Source: an uncultured Candidatus Saccharibacteria bacterium (GTDB lineage Bacteria; Patescibacteriota; WWE3; UBA101185; UBA10185). Taken from it: DNA of 54,829 nucleotides. Numbering within the stretch: the first letter of the stretch is position 1; each line of letters starts with the position of its first letter. A program made the translations under genes and the position numbers. The notes under the pieces were generated by a model. That model was not told the origin of the DNA, did not search any database, and was given only the letters and a program-made list of their open reading frames with translations. The stretch covers positions 1-54,829 of the forward strand of contig CAZTQT010000005.1 in NCBI GenBank assembly GCA_964615625.1, given 5' to 3'. Below, in pieces: positions 26,065-35,852 of this stretch.

Positions 26065-26619
26065 ATGACTCAACAAGAAGAAATACAAAAATTAGTAGAC
26101 AAGGTTAAAGAATTTGAGAAAAATGAAAAAACCGACTTATCTTCTGGAGAAGATTTATCAGTAGCAATAATGAATCTCATAAGCATAGAAGAGCATCTTT
26201 TCTTTACTGGATCCAAAACCGGAAATAAGGAGTATTTGGATATATTACTTCAGATAAGAGAAATGAGAAAAGAGCTGTTGAAAAAAATAGTTAAAAATCC
26301 AGATGGGGAAGTGTGGTGCATAAGCAAACATTTACTTGCAGCCTCAATGAGATTAATGGAAGTGGGAACAAAATATCTTGGAAAAGGTGAAAAAGAAGAA
26401 GCTCAGAAAATGTTCAAAAAATCTTACGATGTTTATAACCTTTTTTGGGGATTAAATTTAGGACTGACAAACATTGAAGATGTAGAACAAGATAAGAATA
26501 ACGACATTAAATTTATAGATGATAAAAAAGAAGATAATATTCATGAAAAAGAGAGCGTGGGTATTTTTGATAAGCTTGGGGAAATAATAAAAAAAGCAGT
26601 TGATTGCTGCAAAGAGTAA
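26065..26619 (+). CDS. Helical hypothetical protein with WC..KH motif and C-terminal CC
   Basis: GGAGG RBS; VWCISKHLL; ends DCCKE. Confidence 0.75.
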   Translation: MTQQEEIQKLVDKVKEFEKNEKTDLSSGEDLSVAIMNLISIEEHLFFTGSKTGNKEYLDILLQIREMRKELLKKIVKNPDGEVWCISKHLLAASMRLMEVGTKYLGKGEKEEAQKMFKKSYDVYNLFWGLNLGLTNIEDVEQDKNNDIKFIDDKKEDNIHEKESVGIFDKLGEIIKKAVDCCKE

Positions 26620-26653
26620 TTAATTAAGTAAAAAATTAACGAAAGGAAATAAC

Positions 26654-27043
26654 ATGCCTATATTCGTAGATAACATAGAGGAACTAACTCTGAGTAATAA
26701 TAATTTTAGAAAGGTCTTATCAACAAATGGCCACAGCCAACTTGTTGTTATGAGCTTAAAAGCTGGGGAAGATATTGGAATGGAAGTCCATAACAACGTA
26801 GATCAATTCTTTAGAATTGATTCTGGACAAGGCAAAGTGATAGCCAATGGAGAAGAGTTTGAGGTCTCAGATGGATTTGCAATAGTTATACCAGCAGGAA
26901 CAGAGCACAACGTAATAAACACTAGCGAGACTGAAGATTTGAAGCTATACACAATATACAGTCCTGCAAATCATCCAGACGGAACAATACATGAAACAAA
27001 AGCTGAAGCTATGGAATATGAAGAATCTCATCACCATGAATAA
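26654..27043 (+). CDS. Cupin-domain protein
   Basis: IGMEVH..VDQFFRIDSGQG and IPAGTEHNVIN cupin motifs. Confidence 0.9.
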   Translation: MPIFVDNIEELTLSNNNFRKVLSTNGHSQLVVMSLKAGEDIGMEVHNNVDQFFRIDSGQGKVIANGEEFEVSDGFAIVIPAGTEHNVINTSETEDLKLYTIYSPANHPDGTIHETKAEAMEYEESHHHE

Positions 27044-27063
27044 GTTGAGTTAAAACAGCTTCG

Positions 27064-27094
27064 GGGGCCCCGCAGAATGCGGGGCCCCTCTTTG
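27064..27094 (+). terminator. Intrinsic terminator
   Basis: GGGGCCCCGCA-GAA-TGCGGGGCCCC followed by TCTTTT. Confidence 0.85.
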
Positions 27095-27128
27095 TTATGC
27101 ACACTTACCACTGATATACTTAAATAAG

Positions 27129-28055
27129 ATGGAAGAAAAACAAAAAGTACCGGAACAAGTAATAAAAAAGGTCATTTTATACGTTATATTTTCGTTATCT
27201 TTAATATCTTTAATCCTCATATCACAAAACTTTATCCAAAAAGAAAGTTTTTTTCCTTCAACAGGAACATTTATTGTCCCATTTATAATCATAATGTTGG
27301 TTTTAATGTGGGTTGTTTCTATAATCTCATTAACAGTCAATAATAAGGAATTGGCTATTCTTGTATTAATTTATTTTCTTATATCGTCTGGGGTTATTAT
27401 ATTTACCCATCCTCAATATTTAGTTGGGCCGGTGGTAACACTCCTTCTCATTTTATCTGGTCTTACTATGTCTAAAAGATTAAAAGAAGACTTTATCAAG
27501 GTAAATATCATAAAAATATCCAAACCTACTATAAAAAGCTTACGAATATCCGTATCAATACTAATATCAGTAATTTTACTTTTTTCTTATTCAAAAACCC
27601 CAGCCTCAGAAATAGATATTGGAGAAAAATTGACAGAGATAGCAGGACCGTCAATAGACAGATTGGTAGAGCAAGGATCTGTTAGTACAGTTACAGAGCA
27701 ACAAGGTAATGAATCAACTATAAATTCCCGAATAAATTCAATTTTTTCTGATATAGGAATATCTCAAGATACCGACATCGGCACATCATCTAAAATAGAA
27801 GATAGTGTAACTCAAAATATAAAGGAAAGTATAAAATCTCAGATATCAAAGCAGATAAACAGAAGAGTGGAACCGTACAAGGATTTATTATTCCCTGCAA
27901 TTGTGATCATTTCTTTTTTTATGATCCAAATATACAGTTACATTTCATATCTTATTTATTTGTTAACAATAAATGTTGTTGTAGAAGTGTTGAAAAAATC
28001 AGGATTTCTTAAGTCTGAAATAAAACAGGTTGAAAAAGAGAACATTGTGTTGTAA
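27129..28055 (+). CDS. Multi-pass membrane protein, unknown function
   Basis: About six hydrophobic helices with a soluble Ser/Thr-rich loop. Confidence 0.75.
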   Translation: MEEKQKVPEQVIKKVILYVIFSLSLISLILISQNFIQKESFFPSTGTFIVPFIIIMLVLMWVVSIISLTVNNKELAILVLIYFLISSGVIIFTHPQYLVGPVVTLLLILSGLTMSKRLKEDFIKVNIIKISKPTIKSLRISVSILISVILLFSYSKTPASEIDIGEKLTEIAGPSIDRLVEQGSVSTVTEQQGNESTINSRINSIFSDIGISQDTDIGTSSKIEDSVTQNIKESIKSQISKQINRRVEPYKDLLFPAIVIISFFMIQIYSYISYLIYLLTINVVVEVLKKSGFLKSEIKQVEKENIVL

Positions 28056-28088
28056 CATTCCAACAAACATTAGAAAAAGGAGAGAAAA

Positions 28089-28418
28089 ATGGAAAGTAAT
28101 AATGATGAAAAGAAATCATTATTTGAGGCCATAGGTTTCAAATACAATGATAATTCCTTAATATTCCTTGATCCTGTTGATCTGGTCAAAACAGATGAAT
28201 CAAGCGAACTCAAAGGCCCTGAGGACGTAATACGAAGATTTAATAAGCAGGGATATCTTGGCATCAACGATGCTGCCTTGTTTGCCGTTTACTTTGGAGT
28301 CCCAAAAGATCCAGATGAGTATCTTAAATGGGAAAAGTTGGAACACGGACACGTAACTGCCTTTGTTATGAATTTGATAATGGAGAGCGGTATCACAAAC
28401 TTCACAAAACTCTTTTGA
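28089..28418 (+). CDS. Orphan hypothetical protein
   Basis: AGGAG RBS, 109 aa, followed by a terminator. Confidence 0.65.
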   Translation: MESNNDEKKSLFEAIGFKYNDNSLIFLDPVDLVKTDESSELKGPEDVIRRFNKQGYLGINDAALFAVYFGVPKDPDEYLKWEKLEHGHVTAFVMNLIMESGITNFTKLF

Positions 28419-28440
28419 GTTTATTTGAAGTTTACACTAC

Positions 28441-28471
28441 AAGCTTCACAGAACTTTTGTGAAGCTTTTTT
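28441..28471 (+). terminator. Intrinsic terminator
   Basis: AAGCTTCACA / TGTGAAGCTT stem plus T-tract. Confidence 0.75.
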
Positions 28472-28655
28472 ATTGATATTAATAAATAAAAATAGTAAAC
28501 TAATATTAGTGTTAATAGATGTTGTGAATACAATTCATAAAACAACCACAACCTCGCCAAGAGCGGGGGAATAATCTTTTAAATCCATATAATCGTATTC
28601 ATTTAAGTAAAATTTAGTTATAATTACGAGTGCGGTCACCAACCGCAGTATTAAA

Positions 28656-30455
28656 ATGAAAAAACAAAAAGTAATAGAAAAATTAAAAGATGATCCGATG
28701 TTCCCACTTAGACATAGTGCGGAACATGTCATGCATTTAGCTGTAGAAAGCCTTTTTCCTGGAGCTAAAAAAGTTATGGGGCCTCCAATAGAAAATGGTT
28801 TTTATGGTGATTTTGATTACGACGGAAAAATAACGGAGGATGATTTCCCAAGAATTGAAGCAAAAATGAAAGAAATAGTTGAAGCTAATCTGCCAATTGT
28901 AATGAAAGAAGTAGATTCTACAGAACTGAAAGAAGTATTTAAAGATAACCCATTTAAAATTGAGATGATTGAAGAAATTGAAAAAAATGGTGAAAAAATA
29001 ACAGCTTGTGAAATAGGAGAAAAAGGTAGTGATGTTTATGACATAGACTTGTGTGCAGGTAACCATGTTGAAAAAACAGGAGATATAGGTGCTTTCAAAC
29101 TTTTAAGTGTTGCTGGAGCTTACTGGCATGGTGATGAGAAAAACAAAATGCTTATCAGAATATACGCTACTAACTTTAAAACAAAGGAAGAGCTTAATGA
29201 ATATTTGGAAGAACAAGAAGAATTAAAAAAGAGAGATCACAGAAATATAAATAAAAATCTTGAAGTATTCTCTTTGTTTGAAGAAATAGGCCCAGGACTT
29301 CCTGTGTGGCTACCAAACGGCATGATTATAAGAGAAGAGTTAGAAAAATGGGGAAAAGAAACCGAAGAAAAATGGGGGTATCAAAGAGTTGCCACACCTT
29401 TTATGACAAAAAGAGATCTATTTGAGCTTTCTGGACACATCTCCTACTTTGGTGATGAAATGTTCAAAGTAGCAGTTCCAAATGAAGAACAGGATGAATA
29501 CTACATAAAGCCAATGAATTGTCCTTTTCATCATTTAATTTACAGATCTAAAACAAGAACTTACAAGGAATTACCTCTTAGACTTGCAGAATATGGGACT
29601 GTTGCAAGATATGAGAACAGGGGTTCCATAAATGGAATTCTTAGACCGAGAGTTTTTTGTCAAAACGATGCTCATGTATATTGTTCAGAAGAACAAGCTG
29701 TGGATGTTTTTGTGGAGATTATAGATTTACACAGATATTATTACGATAAGTTAGGTCTCTCTAATTACAGTGTTGAGTTGAATTTAAGAGATCCTGAAAA
29801 AATGGATAAATATCACGGTGATGAGTCTATGTGGAAAAAAGCCGAAAAAATAACCAGAGAAGCTTTAGATAAATCTGGTATTGAATACACAATGGTAAAT
29901 GAAGGAGCAGCTCATTATGGACCTAAAATGGACCTTAAAATAAAATCTGCTATGGGAACAGAATATGGGATATCAACAAACCAGATAGACTTATATATGC
30001 CCGAAAGATTTGGGTTAAAATACATAGATAAGGACGGAAAAGAGAAACCCATAATAGTTCAGCACAGAGCTCCATTGGGGTCAAGTGAAAGGTTTGTTGG
30101 ATTCTTAATGGAACATTTTGCAGGAGCTTTTCCAGTATGGTTATCTCCTATGCAAGTTCAGATAATACCAATAGGAATCAAGCATTTAGAGTATTCAGAA
30201 AAAATAATGGAAAAAATGAAAGAAGTAGGATTAAGAGCTTATGTTGATGATAGGGCTGAAACAATGCAATCAAAGATTAGAGATGCTCAGGTCAAAAAAA
30301 TACCATACATGTTAATAATTGGTGATAGAGAAGTTGAAAGTAATGAAGTTAGCGTAAGATTAAGAACAGGTGAAAATATAGGATCAAAACCTGTTGAAGA
30401 GGTGGTTGAAAAGATAAAGGAAATGTATTTGACCAAATCTCTCAATTTATGGTAA
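28656..30455 (+). CDS. thrS: Threonyl-tRNA synthetase
   Basis: RHSAEH, DLCAGNH, GAYWHG, KPMNCP, class II motifs and anticodon-binding domain. Confidence 0.97.
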   Translation: MKKQKVIEKLKDDPMFPLRHSAEHVMHLAVESLFPGAKKVMGPPIENGFYGDFDYDGKITEDDFPRIEAKMKEIVEANLPIVMKEVDSTELKEVFKDNPFKIEMIEEIEKNGEKITACEIGEKGSDVYDIDLCAGNHVEKTGDIGAFKLLSVAGAYWHGDEKNKMLIRIYATNFKTKEELNEYLEEQEELKKRDHRNINKNLEVFSLFEEIGPGLPVWLPNGMIIREELEKWGKETEEKWGYQRVATPFMTKRDLFELSGHISYFGDEMFKVAVPNEEQDEYYIKPMNCPFHHLIYRSKTRTYKELPLRLAEYGTVARYENRGSINGILRPRVFCQNDAHVYCSEEQAVDVFVEIIDLHRYYYDKLGLSNYSVELNLRDPEKMDKYHGDESMWKKAEKITREALDKSGIEYTMVNEGAAHYGPKMDLKIKSAMGTEYGISTNQIDLYMPERFGLKYIDKDGKEKPIIVQHRAPLGSSERFVGFLMEHFAGAFPVWLSPMQVQIIPIGIKHLEYSEKIMEKMKEVGLRAYVDDRAETMQSKIRDAQVKKIPYMLIIGDREVESNEVSVRLRTGENIGSKPVEEVVEKIKEMYLTKSLNLW

Positions 30456-30482
30456 TTTACATAAGTTTCAGGAGGAAAGCAT

Positions 30483-30989
30483 ATACCAAACTGGTACACA
30501 AAGAATGAACAAATAAAATCTGACGAAGTCAGGGTCATATCTCATAAAGGAGAAAACCTTGGCGTTATGAAGAAAAATGAGGCTATAGATTTAGCAAGAA
30601 AAGAGGAGATGGACTTGGTATTAATGGTCCCACATGCAAATCCGCCTGTTACAAAAATAGTTGATTTTACAAAGTTTTTGTACGAGGAAAAGAAGAAAGC
30701 TAGCTCTGCTAAATCAAAGAGTAGAAAAACAGACATAAAAGAGTTAAGATTAGGACCTACAACTGGAAGTGGTGACATACAAAGATTTGTAAAAAGAGCC
30801 AGAGATTTTATAGATGATGGAGACAAGGTTAAAATAACAGTAAAAATGAAGGGAAGGGAAGCAATGTTCCCTGAGGTGGCGGTAGATAAGATTAAAACTA
30901 TAGAAAAAGAATTAATTGATGTAGTTAAGATGGAAAACGAGCCTAAGAGAGCTGGAAATATAATTTGGGCTATATTTGTAGGAAAGTAA
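30483..30989 (+). CDS. infC: Translation initiation factor IF-3 with ATA start
   Basis: In-frame NEQIKSDEVRVI lies upstream of the track ATG (30567). AGGAGG at 30470-30475 is 7 nt before ATA 30483, and an in-frame stop at 30462 excludes longer starts. Confidence 0.9.
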   Translation: MPNWYTKNEQIKSDEVRVISHKGENLGVMKKNEAIDLARKEEMDLVLMVPHANPPVTKIVDFTKFLYEEKKKASSAKSKSRKTDIKELRLGPTTGSGDIQRFVKRARDFIDDGDKVKITVKMKGREAMFPEVAVDKIKTIEKELIDVVKMENEPKRAGNIIWAIFVGK

Positions 30990-31001
30990 GAAGGAAATAA
31001 A

Positions 31002-31235
31002 ATGGCAAAAGAAAAGCTAAAAACAAAAAAGACTTTACTCAGAAGAGTAAAAATAACAAAAGGTGGTAAAATTATGAAGAAAAGTATAGGTATGGGACAC
31101 TTAAAAGTTAAAAAAAGTGTTACCAACAAACAAAGAAACTCTTCTTTTTCTGAACAAGAAAATAAAGGTCATAGAAAAATGTTTCGTAAGTTGCTTAATA
31201 AGCACGGGAAAGGAATAAAACATGCCAAGAGTTAA
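31002..31235 (+). CDS. rpmI: 50S ribosomal protein L35
   Basis: KLKTKK..RRVKITKGGK...HL motif; infC-rpmI-rplT order. Confidence 0.9.
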   Translation: MAKEKLKTKKTLLRRVKITKGGKIMKKSIGMGHLKVKKSVTNKQRNSSFSEQENKGHRKMFRKLLNKHGKGIKHAKS

Positions 31236-31575
31236 AGGTGGGTTTAAAACCAATAGAAGACATAAAAAAATTTTAAAGCTTGCAAAAGGATATAGAGGTA
31301 CAAGAAGTAAGCTGATAAAAAGAGCTAATGAGGCTGTTCTTAGAGCTGGTGAACATGCTTTTGAAGGCAGAAGAAAAAGAAAAGGCGATATGAGACAGTT
31401 ATGGATATCCAGAATAAACGCTGCTTTAAGAAAACATGACATTATGTACAGCAGATTCATAAATGGCTTGAAAAAATCAAAAATAGAATTAAACAAGAAG
31501 ATGTTGTCTGAGATAGCTATAAACGACCCAAATTCATTTGATGAAATAGTAGTTAAAGTAAAGCAAAACCTCTAA
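31222..31575 (+). CDS. rplT: 50S ribosomal protein L20
   Basis: MPRVKGG, AKGYRG, RQLWISRINAA, YSRFINGL. Confidence 0.98.
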   Translation: MPRVKGGFKTNRRHKKILKLAKGYRGTRSKLIKRANEAVLRAGEHAFEGRRKRKGDMRQLWISRINAALRKHDIMYSRFINGLKKSKIELNKKMLSEIAINDPNSFDEIVVKVKQNL

Positions 31576-32861
31576 ATATTAAGGTTAATATCACTCTCTG
31601 CCAGATCCCCGCATGCAGAAAGATATATGTTGTCTTGAGTGAAATATTTCTTGGAAACACTTACTACATCATTGATACAAACTCTTTCTATTTCATTTAA
31701 TACTTCTGCTATATCTTTTGGTGCTTCTGTGTTAAAAAACACCTCTGACAAATGAGCACCCACCCATGAATCAGATGTCTGTAAATCTCTTATCTTAGAC
31801 TTCATTATTTTATTTTTTGCTAGTTCTAACTCATCTTCACGTATATCACCATTTCTAAGTCTTTCAAACTCATCACTTATAACCTTTAAAACTTTTTTAA
31901 CCTTATCTTTTGATGTAGATGTAGTAGTTGAAAAGTAACCACGATCAAACGATCCTTCCGATGAAACACTAAGAGAATAAACAAGCCCGTTTTCAGTTCT
32001 TAATTTCCTAAATAATGAAGAGGAAAAACCACTTCCAATCATTTTTCTTATAACAGATAACACCGCATTATCATCATTATTGTAATTACATGTTCTAAAC
32101 GAAAAATTGAGAAATACTTGATCTGTATCTTTATAAACTTTTATTTTTGATCTTTCATCGGTTGAAAAAGATAAATCTGGTTTAACAATATTAATTTCAG
32201 GAAATTTTTCATTATTAAAAGCGTTGTTAAAGAGACTGACAGTATCATTAAACTCTATGCCCCCGGCTACAATAATTATCATGTTGCTGTTCGCTATCCT
32301 TGAACTATAAAAATTAAATAAATCATCTCTAGATATATCTAAAACCGTTTCTCTTGTTCCTGCTATAGATCTTGAAGCGTATGTACTCTGAAACAATAAT
32401 TGTTGATTCAAGTCTTGGATATAAAAAGCTGGGTTAGATTCATAATCAGCAATTTCCCCAAGGATAGTGCCTCTTTCAATATCTATTCTTTCTTCTTCAA
32501 ATAAAGATTTTCTAACTAATTCGTGTATAAACTCTACAACTTTAGGATAATCAGACTTTACTCCAACTTCAGCGGTAACACCTAGTAAATCAACTCCCGT
32601 AAAAGCATTTGCTTGACCACCAATACTTTCTAAAAATAAACCAGCTTCAGTCTCATCTCTAAATTTTTGGGTACTTTTAAAAAGTATGTGTTCAGCAAAA
32701 TGGGCTAAACCTTCTTTACCAACAGGATCGTGAGAAGAACCAGCATCAAACAAAACAGCCGTAGAAATAGGCATGTTTGGTCTGTAGTAGTGAAATATTT
32801 TTGATCCGTTACTTAAAACACCTGAGTTTTTTTCAACTCCAAAATCCTCTATCTTCAACAT
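31572..32861 (-). CDS. M16-family zinc peptidase
   Basis: Inverted zincin motif GLAHFAEH; NAFT; LFRKLRTENGLVY. Confidence 0.9.
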   Translation of the reverse strand: MLKIEDFGVEKNSGVLSNGSKIFHYYRPNMPISTAVLFDAGSSHDPVGKEGLAHFAEHILFKSTQKFRDETEAGLFLESIGGQANAFTGVDLLGVTAEVGVKSDYPKVVEFIHELVRKSLFEEERIDIERGTILGEIADYESNPAFYIQDLNQQLLFQSTYASRSIAGTRETVLDISRDDLFNFYSSRIANSNMIIIVAGGIEFNDTVSLFNNAFNNEKFPEINIVKPDLSFSTDERSKIKVYKDTDQVFLNFSFRTCNYNNDDNAVLSVIRKMIGSGFSSSLFRKLRTENGLVYSLSVSSEGSFDRGYFSTTTSTSKDKVKKVLKVISDEFERLRNGDIREDELELAKNKIMKSKIRDLQTSDSWVGAHLSEVFFNTEAPKDIAEVLNEIERVCINDVVSVSKKYFTQDNIYLSACGDLAESDINLNI

Positions 32862-32866
32862 AAAAA

Positions 32867-34768
32867 TTATACTTTCAATGTAACCCCAATTTTTTCTAGG
32901 TTTTTAAATATCTTTTTTCTTATCTCCTGTGTATCTTCTGATGATATTTGTTTTTTATTATCAAGATATTCAATTGAAAATGTAAGATAGTTATTATAAA
33001 TATCTTTAAATTCTAATTTATCAATTCTTTCATCAGAATCCATTATTATTTTTTTGATTTGTGGGTATAAAACTCCCGCAGGCACCTCAAATGTCAGATC
33101 TTCTTTAATAAAATTAAAATTTGTTATTGGAGTGTAAACCCTATCTTTTGTGGCATTTTCTATTAAAGAATAAAAATCTATTTCCACACTCAAAACATCA
33201 TCCCCACGCTCCTTTATAGGACTTGCAGATAATATCTCCTCACTTTTTTCATAGGGCAGTCCAATATTTTGTACCAAAGAACTTAAAATCCCCCTAAGAT
33301 CTTTGTAATCAACTCCCTTTGTAACAATTCCTATTTTTATTGGTTGATCTGGTATCTTGTTAACATCATTAAATGAATTCTTATAAACAGATGCGATTTC
33401 AAAAACTTTTATAACCTCTGAAAAACCACTATTCTTTTCAACAACCTCCAAAAGCTGGGGTATTAAAGAGGTCTTTAGATGAGACATATCCTCACTTAAT
33501 GGGTTCTGAATTTTTAAAGCACTTTCATCAACATTTTTTACAGAAGTAGCGGAATATGTATAGCACTCAAAAAACCCATTATATTTAAGAAAATATTTAA
33601 TTACCTTTTCCCAATAAAAAGAGTTATCTTTCTTCTTTAGAGGTATTTCCCCAGATAAACTCACTTCTGGTAATTCGTGATACCCATAAATTCTTATTAC
33701 TTCCTCAGCTATATCCTCAGCTATATCAATATCTTCATATCTCCAAGATGGGATCTTTATCAAATCCTCATCTTTCTTTTCAAAACCAAGAGAATCTAAG
33801 ATAGAGAAGATCTTATTTTCATCTATATTAACCCCCGATATTTTGTTTATTCTACCTACATCTATTTTTATTAACTTCTCAGGTCTTTCAAAATTTACTA
33901 TATCAATTAACTCAGATGAGACCGTTGCACCAGACAATTTTTCAACCATGCTAACAGACTCACATAAAGCGGGGATAACACCATCATAATCTATACCTTT
34001 TTCAAATCTTAAAGCAGCATCTGTTCTATGACCTAAACTCATAGAAGCTTTTCTTATTTTTACTGGATCATATACTTGAACAAATAAGAGTATTTTTTTG
34101 GTATTTTCATCAACCTCACTGTTTTTGGCACCCATTATTCCGCACAAATCTATTAATCTACCATCACCATCTTCAATAACAATGACCCCAGCAGGCAATT
34201 TTCTTTCAACCCCATCAAGAGTTTGTATAACCTCACCTTCAGAAGACTCTCTAACTATCATTTTATGACCTAATATTTTGTCGTAATCAAAAACATGCAT
34301 TGGTTGCCCACGATCTACCATCATATAGTTTGTAACATCTATAACGTTCCCTAAGGGCCTTATACCAACTTTTTCAAGCCTACTTCTTACTATCTTTGGA
34401 GATTGTCCATATTTAACATTGTCCATAACAACAGCACTAAATCTAGGAACCAAAGTCTTATCACTTATTGAAACCTCTATGGTGTCTTTATTCTCTTTTG
34501 TCTCAAATTTTGGAGCGTTTTCTTTTACCCACTCACATTTAAACCCTTGCCTTGGTAAAACTACCATTAATTCTCTTGCAACACCTAAAATTGATAAAGC
34601 ATCGCCCCTGTTTGGCGTAACTTCTATTTCAAATATATTATCGTCATCAACATCTGTTATTTTTTCCACACTAAAAGAATGTAAAGACAGTGCCTCTGCT
34701 ATAGCCTCGGGCTTTGCGTCTGTTTTTATATAATCTTTTAACCAAGAGTAGGGTATAGATATATTCAT
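32867..34768 (-). CDS. pheT: Phenylalanyl-tRNA synthetase beta subunit (short form; B2 OB-fold apparently absent)
   Basis: YSWLKDY, VTPNRGD, RFEKG, DIAEEVIRIYGY; 633 aa. Confidence 0.93.
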   Translation of the reverse strand: MNISIPYSWLKDYIKTDAKPEAIAEALSLHSFSVEKITDVDDDNIFEIEVTPNRGDALSILGVARELMVVLPRQGFKCEWVKENAPKFETKENKDTIEVSISDKTLVPRFSAVVMDNVKYGQSPKIVRSRLEKVGIRPLGNVIDVTNYMMVDRGQPMHVFDYDKILGHKMIVRESSEGEVIQTLDGVERKLPAGVIVIEDGDGRLIDLCGIMGAKNSEVDENTKKILLFVQVYDPVKIRKASMSLGHRTDAALRFEKGIDYDGVIPALCESVSMVEKLSGATVSSELIDIVNFERPEKLIKIDVGRINKISGVNIDENKIFSILDSLGFEKKDEDLIKIPSWRYEDIDIAEDIAEEVIRIYGYHELPEVSLSGEIPLKKKDNSFYWEKVIKYFLKYNGFFECYTYSATSVKNVDESALKIQNPLSEDMSHLKTSLIPQLLEVVEKNSGFSEVIKVFEIASVYKNSFNDVNKIPDQPIKIGIVTKGVDYKDLRGILSSLVQNIGLPYEKSEEILSASPIKERGDDVLSVEIDFYSLIENATKDRVYTPITNFNFIKEDLTFEVPAGVLYPQIKKIIMDSDERIDKLEFKDIYNNYLTFSIEYLDNKKQISSEDTQEIRKKIFKNLEKIGVTLKV

Positions 34769-34769
34769 A

Positions 34770-35807
34770 TTAAAATTGCTCCAAAAATCTTAAATCATTT
34801 GAAAAAAGATGTCTTATATCATCTATCTTCGTTCCTGACTTCATCATGTAAGTTCTTTCTACTCCCCATCCAAAAGCAAATCCTGTGTAAATTTCAGGGT
34901 CTATATTACCAGCCTTTAGAACGTTAGGATGGACCATTCCCGCACCTCCAAGCTCTAACCAACCACTTTTACATAACCTACAACCTTTCCCATGGCAAAC
35001 GCCGCAGTCTATATCTACCTCAAAACTAGGCTCTGTGAACCTAAAGTGATAAGGTCTCAAACGGATTTTTCTATCAGGTCCAAAAAAGTTTCTGGCAAAG
35101 TAATTAAGAACTCCAATTAAATGAGTTATATTTATATCTTTATCAACAACCAAACCTTCAAACTGATAAAAACTTGGCACATGACTAACATCTATCTGTC
35201 TTCTCCCACATCTTGAAATATTAAGCATTCTTATAGGCAAATCTCCTTTTAACATTTCTTTAACTTGTCCACTGGATGTATGTGGGGTAATTACTAATTT
35301 TCCAAGTTTTTCGTCAACAGGGGAGTCTATAAAAAAGGTTTCCCATTCATCTCTTGCAGGATGTGTTTCAGGCATATTTAAGGCTTCAAAAGCAAAATAA
35401 TCCCTTTCAATTTCAGGGTACCTTCTTCGTGTGAAACCAAGAGGGATAAAAACTCCAGTTATTTCTGTTATTGCGGTTGTTATTATGTGTAAATGTCCTA
35501 TATCTGGTCTTTTACCAGGCAAAGATTTATAAAGATCACTATACTTTGAGATAGAAGAACCATCGTATTTCTTACTATGTAGATCTATCACCCCCTCTAT
35601 CTCATTTTTTAAAGAATTTATTTTAATGCCGTATTCTTTCCTTTTTTCAGGAGGAACTTTAGATATGTCGGCCAACATTTTGCTAATAAACCCCTTTTTA
35701 CCAAGGAACTCTAGTTTAATCTTTAGAACATCTTCAGCCGAGCTTGCATTATCAAGCCTATCATCAAGATATTTTTTAATACTTTCAATATCACCTAAGT
35801 TGTCCAT
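34770..35807 (-). CDS. pheS: Phenylalanyl-tRNA synthetase alpha subunit
   Basis: HPARDEWETF, YHFRFTEPS, C4 motif CGVC..GCRLC, FAFGWGVER. Confidence 0.97.
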   Translation of the reverse strand: MDNLGDIESIKKYLDDRLDNASSAEDVLKIKLEFLGKKGFISKMLADISKVPPEKRKEYGIKINSLKNEIEGVIDLHSKKYDGSSISKYSDLYKSLPGKRPDIGHLHIITTAITEITGVFIPLGFTRRRYPEIERDYFAFEALNMPETHPARDEWETFFIDSPVDEKLGKLVITPHTSSGQVKEMLKGDLPIRMLNISRCGRRQIDVSHVPSFYQFEGLVVDKDINITHLIGVLNYFARNFFGPDRKIRLRPYHFRFTEPSFEVDIDCGVCHGKGCRLCKSGWLELGGAGMVHPNVLKAGNIDPEIYTGFAFGWGVERTYMMKSGTKIDDIRHLFSNDLRFLEQF

Positions 35808-35852
35808 AATATATTACAAATATAACAATTATAGGAAAAAGTGCCAATAAGA

